Positions 20,253-30,600 of a DNA stretch of 64,000 nucleotides are shown one piece after another. This DNA is from Helicobacteraceae bacterium (GTDB lineage Bacteria > Campylobacterota > Campylobacteria > Campylobacterales > Sulfurimonadaceae). Position numbers and translations under genes: made by a program. The notes beneath the pieces are model-generated. The model saw nothing but the letters and a program-made list of their open reading frames with translations. It did no database searches and was not told the DNA's origin. Location: NCBI GenBank assembly GCA_027066325.1, contig JAMONY010000011.1:55384-119383 (forward strand), given 5' to 3'. Each line of letters starts with the position of its first letter. Position 1 is the stretch's first letter.

Positions 20253-21260
20253 TTAAATCTTACCAAAAAATAGTTCAAAAAATAGCGTGAACATATAGTT
20301 GGTTTTGTAGTTGTATCGCTTTTGAAACTCTACTGATGGCTCCAGTTGATAGTACAGATAGTCTCTAAATAGTCTCTCTTTCCAAGTTACTTTTGCCTCA
20401 TAGCCATACAGACCATTGTCATCTTTTGTGTATTTACCATAAGTTGCGATCTGGATCTTGAGTCCAGCACCATTATGAACTGTCCGTCTTAGTGATAGTG
20501 CAGCTTGATAATACATACCATCTTTATTGTAGCTACTAGAGCGCTTAAGTAGCACTCTCAATACCCTTTTTGCAATAATCTCTCTATCGATATATAGACT
20601 AGTGCTCTCCTCATACCCATCTTGATGTGAATATTTGATCTGCTCAATAGCTTGTATATATAGAGTCTGGTAGCGGTAGGGGTACTTGATGTATGCTTTG
20701 ATGTAGGGGTAGGAGAATCCTGCAAAGCCTATGGATGCATTGATCTTAAAGTTGTCAACTATGGTAGGAAGAAAGTATTTGAAGCCAACATCATCACTGC
20801 GTTCCGCATCTATATCATCACTCTGCTCATCAACACCCACAAAAAATTGTAAACTCTTCTCTGTCTGTGGAAGATTGAGTCTAATGGTCGCATCTTGAAT
20901 AAAAGATGACGCCCCTAGATGATCAAATCTGTAGCCACCCACAATCCTAGCATAGCTTTTGATATTTTCATCAAGGTATATATCTTCTCTAAAAAACCAG
21001 TCATACCAAGCGCTCTCATCTCTCGCAGATTCAAACTTTTTTGTTTGAGAAGATAGTGTGGAGTAGAGGGTGTGATCTAGTGAAGATGAGAAGATATAGA
21101 TCTTTTGTGACAGATTCTCTTGAAGCAGATCTACGCTATTGACAAACTCATGGAAGAATATCCAGTCATCATCACCAAAATCTTCTACATTAGGATCTCT
21201 ATCCGCACCAATAGCGTGTAGGCTACAGATCAGGGTGATCAAAAGAGCTAGTTTAGCCAA
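20253..21260 (-). CDS. Hypothetical secreted protein, possibly an outer-membrane beta-barrel
   Basis: 335 aa. Signal peptide (LITLICSLHA), an alternating aromatic/hydrophilic strand-like pattern, and an aromatic-rich C-terminus. TTG start overlapping the pepN stop by 8 nt. Confidence 0.45.
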   Translation of the reverse strand: MAKLALLITLICSLHAIGADRDPNVEDFGDDDWIFFHEFVNSVDLLQENLSQKIYIFSSSLDHTLYSTLSSQTKKFESARDESAWYDWFFREDIYLDENIKSYARIVGGYRFDHLGASSFIQDATIRLNLPQTEKSLQFFVGVDEQSDDIDAERSDDVGFKYFLPTIVDNFKINASIGFAGFSYPYIKAYIKYPYRYQTLYIQAIEQIKYSHQDGYEESTSLYIDREIIAKRVLRVLLKRSSSYNKDGMYYQAALSLRRTVHNGAGLKIQIATYGKYTKDDNGLYGYEAKVTWKERLFRDYLYYQLEPSVEFQKRYNYKTNYMFTLFFELFFGKI

Positions 21261-23793
21261 TAATCAGCTCAACTATCTCATAAACATGAGAGGAGGTATC
21301 TGGGTTACTCTTAAGGCGCATAAGCTCTTGGTGCATATGTAGTGCTCTATCTTGTGGAAGTTTTTTATATATCTTAAATGGTGTTGTTAGTCTAGAGGCT
21401 ATCTGTGGGTTGATGCTATCTAGCTTCAATATCATATCACAAACAAATCTATATCCGCTACCATCAACTGCATGAAAATATCTATAATTTTTTGTAAATG
21501 AACCTATGAGAGCTCGTACATGGTTTGGTATGGTGATATCAAATGCACTCTCATCCATAACCTCTATAATCTCTTCTATCACATCTGCACTCTGTATAAG
21601 CGCAATAGTTGAGAAGAGCTTACATATGGTAAGTTTATCATCATGGTAGTTGTGATAGAAGTCATCTCTTAAGATAGAGCTAGAGTCAAAACAGTTTATG
21701 GTGGCTATCTTTAATGCTCCCAATCTATCACTCATATTGTCACTACTGTTGTATTGCGCTACTATCAACTCTTCACTACCATCTTGTTTAGCAAGAGCCA
21801 TATAGCCTAAAAGTAGGTTTTTGAGCGCCCTAGATGCTGCAGTATCTACTCTGTTAAGCTGTTTGTAAAGAGCTAGCATCTGTTTAGAGAAGTACTCACC
21901 CAATCTCTGCTCTATCTGTCGAACTCGATCTAGCAGAGAGTCTATCTGTACCTGTGTGAGATCTAACATGACCTCTTCTATTGATGGTAGTTTTAGTAGC
22001 TTTGCCTTTAGGGCATGATCTATGCTCTCATCTAAGAGTATAGATGCAAAGCTATCTAGAAGATCTTCATCTATCTTGCAATCTATCGTCTGCAACATAG
22101 CCTTTTTCATGATCTTGCACATAGCTTCATGTTGTATAAATCCATCCTCCTCAAGCTCTATGAGAGATATGAGATCTTCTTGCTCATACTCTAGTATAAT
22201 AGGGGCACTAAAGCCTCGATTTAGAGAGAGTGTTGGTGTGGAGTGTATGTTTTGAAAAATATACTCTTGACTCTTTTTTGAGACTATAAGAGTCTGCTCT
22301 ATAACAATCTTTTTATCTGCAAAGATAGCTATCTTCAGTGGGTAAAGGTATGGCTCTTGAACTATATTTTTAACACTATTTGGGATAACCTGTTCTAGCT
22401 TTAAGGTGAGTTCACCTCTACTCTGATTGTAGCTATGTTTAGCAATCAGCTTTGGTGTGCGCTCTTGAGTGTACCATAGCTCAAACTGCTTTAAATCTAT
22501 GTTGCACTGCTCTTGCATAACTGCTAAAAAATCCCCCGTTCTGATTGCCATACCATCATATCTGCTAAAGTAGTTATCCATAGCAGCTCGCCACCGTTTT
22601 TTACCAAGCATTGTGTAGAGCATGCCGATCACTTCCGCACCTTTCTCGTAGATGGTTGCTGTGTAGAAATTATTGATCTGCAGATAGTGATCTGGCTTTA
22701 TAGGATGAGCCATATCGGAAGCATCTTCACTAAACTGATACTCACGCAAGCGTGATACATCATCTATGCGCATAAGTGCGTGTGAGTGCATATCGGCACT
22801 AAAGCATTGATCTCTAAAGACTGTCAACCCCTCTTTTAAAGTTAGCTCAAACCAGTCACGACATGTTATGCGGTTACCTGTATAGTTATGAAAGTACTCA
22901 TGTGCCACAACGCTCTGTATGGCTACAAACTCATCATCACAGCTTCTCTCTTTATCGGCTAGTATGTATTGGGTGTTGAAGATATTTAACCCTTTATTCT
23001 CCATAGCCCCCATGTTGAAGCTATCTACAGCAACGATGTTGTAGAGATCTAGATCATAGATGAGCCCATACTCGCTCTCATCCCACTTCATAGCCTGCTT
23101 TAGTGAGTCTAATGCAAATGAGCACCTATCTATGTTGTGCGCTTCTGTGTAGATATTTAACTCAACCTGATTGCCTTGAGATGTTGTAAAAGTGTCACTA
23201 GACTTTCCAAGATCTCCAGCAACTAGCGCAAAAAGATATGATGGTTTTGGATATGGATCATGCCAAAGTGTCATGTGTGTACCATCAGTAAAACTCTCCT
23301 GCTTGATCAGGTTTCCATTACTTAGAAGTACTGGATAGAGGCTTTTTTGGGCGATGATAGTTGTGGTGTATAGACTCATGTTGTCAGGACGATCTATAAA
23401 ATAGGTAATGCGCCTAAAGCCTTGAGGCTCATTTTGAGTGCAGAGTATATCTTGTGATCTATATAGACCCTCAAGGGCGGTATTTGTCTCTGGGTATAGC
23501 TTAGTTACAACTTTAATCTTAAAACTTGAGGGTAGGTTGTGTATCACTAAGGAGTCATCATTTTTACTAAACTCAAACTCCGTAAGCTTAACACCATTAA
23601 TCTTTAAACATACCAGATCTAGCCCTATGCCATCTAGCACAAGAGGCTCATCTTGAGTAGTTGTGCAAACTATCTGCATAGAGTTCTCAACCAATACATG
23701 TGAGTTAAAAATCTCAAAAACCAGATCTGTTTTTAGTATGTGGTGTGATGGTTTTTTATAATCTTTTAAGTATGTTTTCTCTTCTTGACCCAT
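21253..23793 (-). CDS. pepN: Aminopeptidase N (M1 family)
   Basis: GAMEN motif (NMGAMENKG) and HEYFHNYTGNRITCRDWFELTLKEG (HExxH-18-E). The ATG at 23793 is preferred to the TTG at 23814. Confidence 0.93.
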   Translation of the reverse strand: MGQEEKTYLKDYKKPSHHILKTDLVFEIFNSHVLVENSMQIVCTTTQDEPLVLDGIGLDLVCLKINGVKLTEFEFSKNDDSLVIHNLPSSFKIKVVTKLYPETNTALEGLYRSQDILCTQNEPQGFRRITYFIDRPDNMSLYTTTIIAQKSLYPVLLSNGNLIKQESFTDGTHMTLWHDPYPKPSYLFALVAGDLGKSSDTFTTSQGNQVELNIYTEAHNIDRCSFALDSLKQAMKWDESEYGLIYDLDLYNIVAVDSFNMGAMENKGLNIFNTQYILADKERSCDDEFVAIQSVVAHEYFHNYTGNRITCRDWFELTLKEGLTVFRDQCFSADMHSHALMRIDDVSRLREYQFSEDASDMAHPIKPDHYLQINNFYTATIYEKGAEVIGMLYTMLGKKRWRAAMDNYFSRYDGMAIRTGDFLAVMQEQCNIDLKQFELWYTQERTPKLIAKHSYNQSRGELTLKLEQVIPNSVKNIVQEPYLYPLKIAIFADKKIVIEQTLIVSKKSQEYIFQNIHSTPTLSLNRGFSAPIILEYEQEDLISLIELEEDGFIQHEAMCKIMKKAMLQTIDCKIDEDLLDSFASILLDESIDHALKAKLLKLPSIEEVMLDLTQVQIDSLLDRVRQIEQRLGEYFSKQMLALYKQLNRVDTAASRALKNLLLGYMALAKQDGSEELIVAQYNSSDNMSDRLGALKIATINCFDSSSILRDDFYHNYHDDKLTICKLFSTIALIQSADVIEEIIEVMDESAFDITIPNHVRALIGSFTKNYRYFHAVDGSGYRFVCDMILKLDSINPQIASRLTTPFKIYKKLPQDRALHMHQELMRLKSNPDTSSHVYEIVELIIG

Positions 23794-23895
23794 ATCTAAT
23801 CCATTTTTTAACAATATTTTAACACAAAGTTTAAGAATTTACACCATATAGTTAGTGTAATATTGTCTTTAAATAACTCAATAGAGGCTGTGTCA

Positions 23896-25110
23896 ATGGA
23901 TCACTTCTCAACATGCTACGCTAGACAACCTATATCAGACCAAAATCAGAGTATTATCGGATATGAATTTTTCTATCGTAATGATGATGGCTTGATTGAT
24001 AAGTTTGACCCACGAACTGCAACCGCTTCTATTCTTGTTGGGCTTTTAAATCAGGCTGGACTTCATAACAGTGCAGCCGATACGCTACTTTTTATCAACA
24101 TAGATAGCACCATACTGCACTCACATATACTACACTCACTACCAGCAGATAGATTTGTTTTTGAGATAGCAGCATCTGAACAGATCACTTCTGTAGAGCG
24201 TGAGTGCATTCAAGAGCTGCATGGTAAAGATTATAGCTTTGCCATAGATAACGCCTCAACAGCAAATAATTTTCTTGAAAAATTTACACCTATTTTAGAG
24301 TATATTGAGTATATCAAATTTGACACTACTGCAACTGATCTTGATCAGTTAACACAGATGCTTCCAGAGCTTAAAACAAAAAAACTTATAGCTCAAAAAG
24401 TTGAAATCCCAGAAGTATTTGAGGCATATAAAGAGCTTGGGTTTGATTTTTTTCAAGGCTATTACTTTGCCAAACTACATCTTATTAGACACAACAGGAT
24501 AGATCCAAAGCACCTTGGAGTGATTAGGATATATAACATGCTCATTGATAAAACACCAATGGAGCAAGTTGCTTCAGAGTTTGAGCAGCACAATGAGCTT
24601 ACTCTTCAGCTACTTCAGTATATCAACTCAACTACTCAAGACTCTACTCTTCAAAATCAATCTATAGAGTCAATATTGGAGCAGGTGGGTGCCAAACAGT
24701 TGGAGCAGTGGATTTTGATGATCATATACTCTAAGACAGCAAAAAATATCTCTAGTAAAAAAAGTCCCCACTCTCTTATGGTAGAGCAGCGTATCGATAT
24801 CATGAATGCTATTATCAATGCGATCAACCCTTTAGAGAAAAAAAAGATGTGTGAGCAGGCTAGATTGTGTGCATTTCTCTCATTGATGGAGAGTATTATG
24901 AATGTCCCTTTGGCAACCATATTGAAACATATAAATGTCAAAGACAATATCAAAGATGCCCTTATATCCCAAAGTGGCAAATTGGGGCGCGTGTTTGCAC
25001 TAACTCTTAGTGTAGAAAATAATGACTACGCCTCAATGCAGGTGCTACTTCGTGCTCTAAAACTCAAACCAGATCTACTTGCATCACTAGAAGCTTTAAA
25101 GAAGATTTAA
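23896..25110 (+). CDS. EAL + HDOD domain protein with a degenerate EAL active site
   Basis: ARQPISDQNQSIIGYEFFYR has EFF in place of EAL/ELL. FQGYYFAKL ends the EAL domain, and an HDOD-like C-terminal half follows. ATG at 23896. Confidence 0.7.
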   Translation: MDHFSTCYARQPISDQNQSIIGYEFFYRNDDGLIDKFDPRTATASILVGLLNQAGLHNSAADTLLFINIDSTILHSHILHSLPADRFVFEIAASEQITSVERECIQELHGKDYSFAIDNASTANNFLEKFTPILEYIEYIKFDTTATDLDQLTQMLPELKTKKLIAQKVEIPEVFEAYKELGFDFFQGYYFAKLHLIRHNRIDPKHLGVIRIYNMLIDKTPMEQVASEFEQHNELTLQLLQYINSTTQDSTLQNQSIESILEQVGAKQLEQWILMIIYSKTAKNISSKKSPHSLMVEQRIDIMNAIINAINPLEKKKMCEQARLCAFLSLMESIMNVPLATILKHINVKDNIKDALISQSGKLGRVFALTLSVENNDYASMQVLLRALKLKPDLLASLEALKKI

Positions 25111-25169
25111 AAAATTTAGAACAACCCTTCAAAAACTCTGCACCACTAGAGAGAGTCATGAGATTTATC

Positions 25170-25178
25170 TGATATAAT
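25170..25178 (+). promoter_or_regulatory. Extended -10 promoter element TGATATAAT upstream of the symporter gene
   Basis: An exact TGnTATAAT about 60 nt upstream of the ATG at 25239. Confidence 0.4.
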
Positions 25179-25238
25179 TACACCTCTTAAAGATAGCTCT
25201 AAATTTGGCTATTTGTGAAGTTTTATTAAAGGTAAGAT

Positions 25239-26453
25239 ATGAACAGAGTACTCAATACATTAAAGTCAACCAATGCTCTTATACTGCTAGGAATTGTGCT
25301 TGGCGCGTTATTTGGTGCACTGCTTCCAGATGCAGCACTTGCTATAGAGGTGATTGGTAAGGCTTTTATTGCGTTATTGAAGATGTTGGTAGTTCCACTT
25401 GTTTTTGCTAGTATCTTTGTGGCAATTGCTGGGCTTGGAACACTTAGTAATCTAAAAGTGATGGGCTTGAAGACAATAGGTCTGTATTTGCTAACAACTG
25501 CTCTAGCTGTTACTTTAGCTATTGTAGTTATGAATATCGTTGGCATAGGTGAGGCTGTGTCAAAAGATGGACTCAGTTACGCTGCTTCATCTAGTATTGA
25601 GCCATTTTCTGCAAGTGCTATGATATTGAGCTTTATCCCTACCAATGTGTTTTCAGCTCTTACAAATGCCTCTATGATGCAGGTCATAGTATTTTCTGTA
25701 CTTTTTGCCATAGCATGTCTGCATCTAAGTGATAACCATCAGACTCTAATGTTAGATTTTTTTACAGGTGTAAATGGGGCTATGCTTAAGATGGCAGAGT
25801 GGGTTATTAAGCTTACACCCATAGGTGTATTTAGTCTTATAGCCGCTGTTGTTGCCAAAGAGGGAGTAGATGTTATAGTTGGACTTTGGGAGTATGTATT
25901 GGTAGTTATAGCGGTGATCTTATTGCACGCCGCTATTACACTACCGCTTATCGCCTCTATCTTTGCCAAGGTTAATCTCTATAGCTATTATGCACAAGTT
26001 AAAGAGGCTATTATCTTAGCATTTTCTACCGCTTCAAGTGCTGCAACACTGCCTGTATCTATGAGAGTGAGTGTAGAGAAGGGTGGGGTGTCTAAACAGA
26101 GTAGCGGGTTTGTCTTACCACTTGGTGCCACGGTCTCCATGGATGGAACAGCAGCTTACCTTACTGTAGCTGTGCTATTTATAGCTACTATGGCAGGGGT
26201 AGATCTTAGTCTTGGTGAGCAGATAGTCCTTGGTATTACCGTTGTAGCTCTTAGCGTAGGTGTGGCCGCACTTCCAAGCGCATCACTTGTGATGATGGTA
26301 GTGATACTTAACCAGCTAGGGCTACCCATCGAGTACATAGGTGTTATCATAGCTGTAGATAGGCTCTTAGATATGTTTAGAACTTCACTCAATGTTACAT
26401 CAGATCTTACTGTTGCTAAGATTGTAGATAGCACAACTTCTATAAAGAAGTAG
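25239..26453 (+). CDS. Dicarboxylate/amino acid:cation symporter (DAACS family)
   Basis: 404 aa, polytopic. Motifs AFSTASSAATLPV and VSMDGTA are typical of the GltP/DctA family. Confidence 0.85.
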   Translation: MNRVLNTLKSTNALILLGIVLGALFGALLPDAALAIEVIGKAFIALLKMLVVPLVFASIFVAIAGLGTLSNLKVMGLKTIGLYLLTTALAVTLAIVVMNIVGIGEAVSKDGLSYAASSSIEPFSASAMILSFIPTNVFSALTNASMMQVIVFSVLFAIACLHLSDNHQTLMLDFFTGVNGAMLKMAEWVIKLTPIGVFSLIAAVVAKEGVDVIVGLWEYVLVVIAVILLHAAITLPLIASIFAKVNLYSYYAQVKEAIILAFSTASSAATLPVSMRVSVEKGGVSKQSSGFVLPLGATVSMDGTAAYLTVAVLFIATMAGVDLSLGEQIVLGITVVALSVGVAALPSASLVMMVVILNQLGLPIEYIGVIIAVDRLLDMFRTSLNVTSDLTVAKIVDSTTSIKK

Positions 26454-26456
26454 CAG

Positions 26457-28418
26457 ATGAGAGATGAGGAGTACATAAAAAGTATCAGCTTGCTCAATAA
26501 GTACGCTCACGCCTACTATACACTTGATGAGCCTTTAGCAACAGATGAGGAGTATGATACTCTTTATCATAAGGTGCTAGATTATGAGAGTAAAAATCCC
26601 TCTAAGAGGTTAGATAACTCTCCTACTGTTCGTGTAGGTGGGGTGGTGCGCGGTGAGTTTAGCAAAGCAGAGCATATTAAGAGAATGTGGAGCATGGAGG
26701 ATGTTTTTACAATCGATGAGGTGCAAGAGTGGCTAGCTAGAGTCTCTAAAAATGTAGGAGAGTGTACCTATATCTGTGAGCCTAAGTTTGATGGGGCTAG
26801 TATGAACTTACTATATGAAAATGGTAAGCTTGTCCGTGCTATTACGCGTGGTGATGGTGTTGTGGGTGAAGAGGTGACAGACAATGTGCGTACTATCAGA
26901 TCTATACCTCTTAACATAGCCCATACAGAACTTATAGAGATACGCGGTGAGGTAGTTATCCGTAAAGATGACTTTGAGCAGATCAACAAAGAGCGCTTAG
27001 ATAAAGCAGAGCAAGTTTTTGCAAACCCTCGTAATGCAGCTGCTGGAAGTTTAAGGCAGCTTGACTCATCAGTAACAGCTAGAAGGCGATTGGTGTTTTA
27101 TCCGTGGGGGTTGGGTGCTAACAGTCTAATGCAGCCAAACCTATCAGATAAGATGGCATTTGTATATAGCCTTGGATTTTTAAAACCTCCCTACATGCAA
27201 GAGTGTAGTAGTGTTGAAGATATAGAGAAATTTTATCAAAAACTTATATCTAAACGCGATGAGATCCCTATTGTGATGGATGGTATGGTGATAAAAGTAG
27301 ATGATATAGACCTACAAGAAGATCTAGGCTACACCGTAAAAGCTCCTAAGTGGATGTGTGCTTATAAATTTCCAGCTACTGAGAAGGTGAGTAAGATCTT
27401 AGATATTGTCTTGCAAGTAGGGCGTACTGGAGTTATTACGCCTGTGGCACTCATAGAGCCAACCCTTATAGAAGGAGCTGTTATCACACGCGCAACTCTA
27501 CACAATTTTGATGAGATAGAGCGTAAAGATATACGCATTAATGACACTGTTATTGTGATTCGTAGTGGTGATGTAATTCCTAAGATCACAAAGGTGTTGT
27601 GCGATAGGCGTGATGGCTCAGAGATAAAGACCACAAGAGCAACTAAGTGCCCTACATGTCATAGTGAGTTATTGGATGAGGGTGCGCTTATTAAGTGTCA
27701 AAATCTAAAGTGTCCTGATCGTACTATTGGAGCTATTGTGCACTTTGCTCGTAAAGGTGCGCTAAATATCGACGGCTTAGGCTCTAAGATAGTTACACAA
27801 CTTGTAAATGAAGATGTTATAACTAGTGTGCTAGATCTATATAGTTTGCAATATCAAGATCTAGAGCCCCTTGAAGGATTTAAAGATAAAAAGATAAAAA
27901 ATCTCCTACAAGCTATAGCCAACACAAAAAATGCTCCACTATCACGCCTTATTAATGCTCTTGGTATTGAGCATATTGGAGAGGTTGCAAGTAGAGCATT
28001 GGCACAAACATTTGCTCTTAAGATAACAGATGCAACTAAAGAGGAGATCTTAAATATTGATGGCTTGGGTGAGCAGATGGCATTATCACTACTAGAGTTT
28101 ATGAGGGTCAATAAAGAGACTGTTTTAGAGCTTTTTGAGATCATAGATCCTACTGTTGAGCAAAAGGTACAGATAGAGCAAAACCCACTTAAAGATAAAA
28201 TAGTAGTCATCACAGGCTCCATGTCTGTAAGTCGTGGTCTCATAAAAGAGAAGCTTGAGAGACTTGGTGCAAAAGTGAGTAGCTCGGTTAGCTCAAAAAC
28301 AGATTTTCTTATCTATGGAGAGAGTGCTGGAAGTAAACTTGCAAAGGCAAAGGAGTTAGAGGTGGAGCTTTTGAGTGAAGAGCAGTTTGGGCAGATTTTA
28401 GAAGAGCATAAGATATAA
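26457..28418 (+). CDS. ligA: NAD-dependent DNA ligase
   Basis: 653 aa. Adenylation motif CEPKFDGAS, Zn finger CPTCHSEL...C..LKCP, HhH and a C-terminal BRCT domain. Confidence 0.96.
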   Translation: MRDEEYIKSISLLNKYAHAYYTLDEPLATDEEYDTLYHKVLDYESKNPSKRLDNSPTVRVGGVVRGEFSKAEHIKRMWSMEDVFTIDEVQEWLARVSKNVGECTYICEPKFDGASMNLLYENGKLVRAITRGDGVVGEEVTDNVRTIRSIPLNIAHTELIEIRGEVVIRKDDFEQINKERLDKAEQVFANPRNAAAGSLRQLDSSVTARRRLVFYPWGLGANSLMQPNLSDKMAFVYSLGFLKPPYMQECSSVEDIEKFYQKLISKRDEIPIVMDGMVIKVDDIDLQEDLGYTVKAPKWMCAYKFPATEKVSKILDIVLQVGRTGVITPVALIEPTLIEGAVITRATLHNFDEIERKDIRINDTVIVIRSGDVIPKITKVLCDRRDGSEIKTTRATKCPTCHSELLDEGALIKCQNLKCPDRTIGAIVHFARKGALNIDGLGSKIVTQLVNEDVITSVLDLYSLQYQDLEPLEGFKDKKIKNLLQAIANTKNAPLSRLINALGIEHIGEVASRALAQTFALKITDATKEEILNIDGLGEQMALSLLEFMRVNKETVLELFEIIDPTVEQKVQIEQNPLKDKIVVITGSMSVSRGLIKEKLERLGAKVSSSVSSKTDFLIYGESAGSKLAKAKELEVELLSEEQFGQILEEHKI

Positions 28419-28419
28419 G

Positions 28420-29124
28420 ATGCGCTTAGATAACTACCTTGTAAAATTTTTAGGGATCAAAAGCAGAACAAAAGCACAACAGCTTATAAAAGATGCTATT
28501 GTTAGCGTAGATGGTTCTGTGGTTAAGAAGAGCTCTTATGAAGTAGATGGTGAGGTAAGTTTAGCTGAGCATAAGAGTTATGTTAGTAGATCTGCTCTGA
28601 AACTAAAGGGTTTTTTAGATGACCTTAAGCTAGATTTAAACGGTTTAGGTGCGCTAGATATAGGCTCTAGCAGTGGCGGTTTTACGCAGGTTTTGCTAGA
28701 GTATGGGGTTGTGAGTGTTGATGCTGTTGATGTAGGTTCAAACCAACTAGATCCGCTTATAGCTCAAGATAGACGCGTTGTAGCTTATGAGCAGACTGAT
28801 ATTAGAGATTTTGTTAGTGATCGGCGTTATGAGGTAGTAGTTAGTGATATATCTTTTATCTCTCTTTTGCACATAATCTCACACATAGACAGCCTAGCTA
28901 GTCGCTGGATTATACTGCTGTTTAAGCCACAGTTTGAAGTGGGTCGACTAGTTAAGCGCAACAAACAGGGCGTAGTGCAAGATAGTAGAGCCATAATGGA
29001 TGCCAAGAGAGAGTTTGAGCTAGAGTGTAAAAAGCTAAAGTGGTCACTTGTAAGCACTCAAGAGGCAATAGTAGCGGGTAAAAAAGGCAACCTTGAGTCA
29101 CTATACTGTTTTGAAAAAAGATAG
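28420..29124 (+). CDS. tlyA: TlyA-family rRNA (cytidine-2'-O)-methyltransferase
   Basis: 234 aa. N-terminal S4 domain (MRLDNYLV...) and SAM motif LDIGSSSGGFTQ. Confidence 0.88.
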   Translation: MRLDNYLVKFLGIKSRTKAQQLIKDAIVSVDGSVVKKSSYEVDGEVSLAEHKSYVSRSALKLKGFLDDLKLDLNGLGALDIGSSSGGFTQVLLEYGVVSVDAVDVGSNQLDPLIAQDRRVVAYEQTDIRDFVSDRRYEVVVSDISFISLLHIISHIDSLASRWIILLFKPQFEVGRLVKRNKQGVVQDSRAIMDAKREFELECKKLKWSLVSTQEAIVAGKKGNLESLYCFEKR

Positions 29125-29218
29125 AGCCTAAGCTATACTAAAAGACTCAAAGATCTTAGTGGCACTATTGTGTAGATTTTAGATAACATGTCTTACTTAA
29201 AAGTACTAAAGGAGAGAA

Positions 29219-30037
29219 GTGAAAAGAGAGATAACTAACCTTATGTCGCAAAAGTTTGGTCTGTTTGCATCCAAAGAGTTTTTGCCGTGGTTTCAGAAAA
29301 TGGTCAATGCATCTTATGTTAAGATGATGGGGCTAGATATGAGTGAGTTTGATGAGCCATCTAGCTATAGAACTCTTAATGCACTTTTTACTAGAGAGCT
29401 TAGACAACCAAGAGAGTTTGATCTTGATGGATCTGTATTGATTAGCCCAGCAGATTCGCTACTATCAGCACAAGGTGTGATCAAAAACTTAACTGCTCTT
29501 CAGATAAAAGGCATGAGTTATAGTGTTGATGAACTCTTAACAGATCACTTTGACGCAGACAATAGGGCGCTCTTAGATGGTGGCGAGTTTATCAATCTAT
29601 ATCTCTCACCAAAAGACTACCACAGATACCACATGCCAGCAGATCTGCAAGTGCTTAAGGCTCTACATGTGCCAGGTAAGCTCTACCCTGTAAATTTTCC
29701 ATCACTCAAAAAACGACTCAATCTTTTTATAGAGAATGAGAGAGTTATCTTAGAGTGTGTGAGTGAGCAGAAAAAACTACTCTATATTGTACTAGTTGGA
29801 GCTCTAAATGTAGGTAAGATGAGTGTAAGTTTTGAGCCACGCATTAAAACCAATACTGATACTAGCGAAGCTAAGCTCTATGAGTATAAAGAGTTGTATC
29901 TTAAAAAAGGTGACTGTTTTGGTTACTTTGAGATGGGCTCAACCATCTTGCTGCTAGCTCAAAATTCTCTTATGACAAGCTCTGTAGATGAGGGCGATAA
30001 GCTTAAATTTGCACAGAGCATAGCCAAACTTAGCTAG
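29219..30037 (+). CDS. psd: Phosphatidylserine decarboxylase proenzyme
   Basis: 272 aa. YHRYHMP and the autocleavage motif FEMGSTI (GST). GTG start after AGGAGA. Confidence 0.9.
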   Translation: MKREITNLMSQKFGLFASKEFLPWFQKMVNASYVKMMGLDMSEFDEPSSYRTLNALFTRELRQPREFDLDGSVLISPADSLLSAQGVIKNLTALQIKGMSYSVDELLTDHFDADNRALLDGGEFINLYLSPKDYHRYHMPADLQVLKALHVPGKLYPVNFPSLKKRLNLFIENERVILECVSEQKKLLYIVLVGALNVGKMSVSFEPRIKTNTDTSEAKLYEYKELYLKKGDCFGYFEMGSTILLLAQNSLMTSSVDEGDKLKFAQSIAKLS

Positions 30038-30600
30038 ATCTCAATGATCTCATCTGCACACCATGATGCAAGGTCGTTATCGTGTGTTATGAGCAGTATT
30101 GCCACATCTTCCAACATGGACATAAGTAGCTTCATGACGCTAAGTTGTGTAATGTTATCAAGAGCAGATGTTGGCTCATCTAGTAGCAGGAGCCTTGGTC
30201 TCATCAGTAGAGCGCGCAATATAGAGCAGCGTTGAAGTTGTCCTCCCGATAGATTGTGTGGGAGCCTATCTATAAGAGCTCTATCGATGCCTAGGCGTTT
30301 TATATGTTTCTCTAGACCTTCTGTATCTGCAACATCTTTGATCTGATTGATGATAGTGTATGATGGGTGAAAGGAGCTATATGGATCTTGAAATACCATA
30401 GAGATAGACTCACTTTTAATCTCTCCAGACTCTGGTTTTAGATTGCCAACTATAAGCTCAAATAGAGTACTTTTACCAGCTCCACTCTCACCTACAATTG
30501 CTTTAACTTCACCTACCTCTAAAGAGAGATTAAAGTCTCTGTATAACTTCTGATCTGCTCTATATCCAAAAGTGAGATTTGCAATATCTAACACCTTCAT
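30034..30600 (-). CDS. Short stand-alone ABC ATP-binding protein (Opp/Dpp/Nik-type NBD), 188 aa
   Basis: Walker A GESGAGKST, FQDPYSSFHP, signature LSGGQLQR, Walker B LLLLDEP and an H-loop (ITHD). No permease or binding-protein gene is adjacent. Confidence 0.8.
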   Translation of the reverse strand: MKVLDIANLTFGYRADQKLYRDFNLSLEVGEVKAIVGESGAGKSTLFELIVGNLKPESGEIKSESISMVFQDPYSSFHPSYTIINQIKDVADTEGLEKHIKRLGIDRALIDRLPHNLSGGQLQRCSILRALLMRPRLLLLDEPTSALDNITQLSVMKLLMSMLEDVAILLITHDNDLASWCADEIIEI

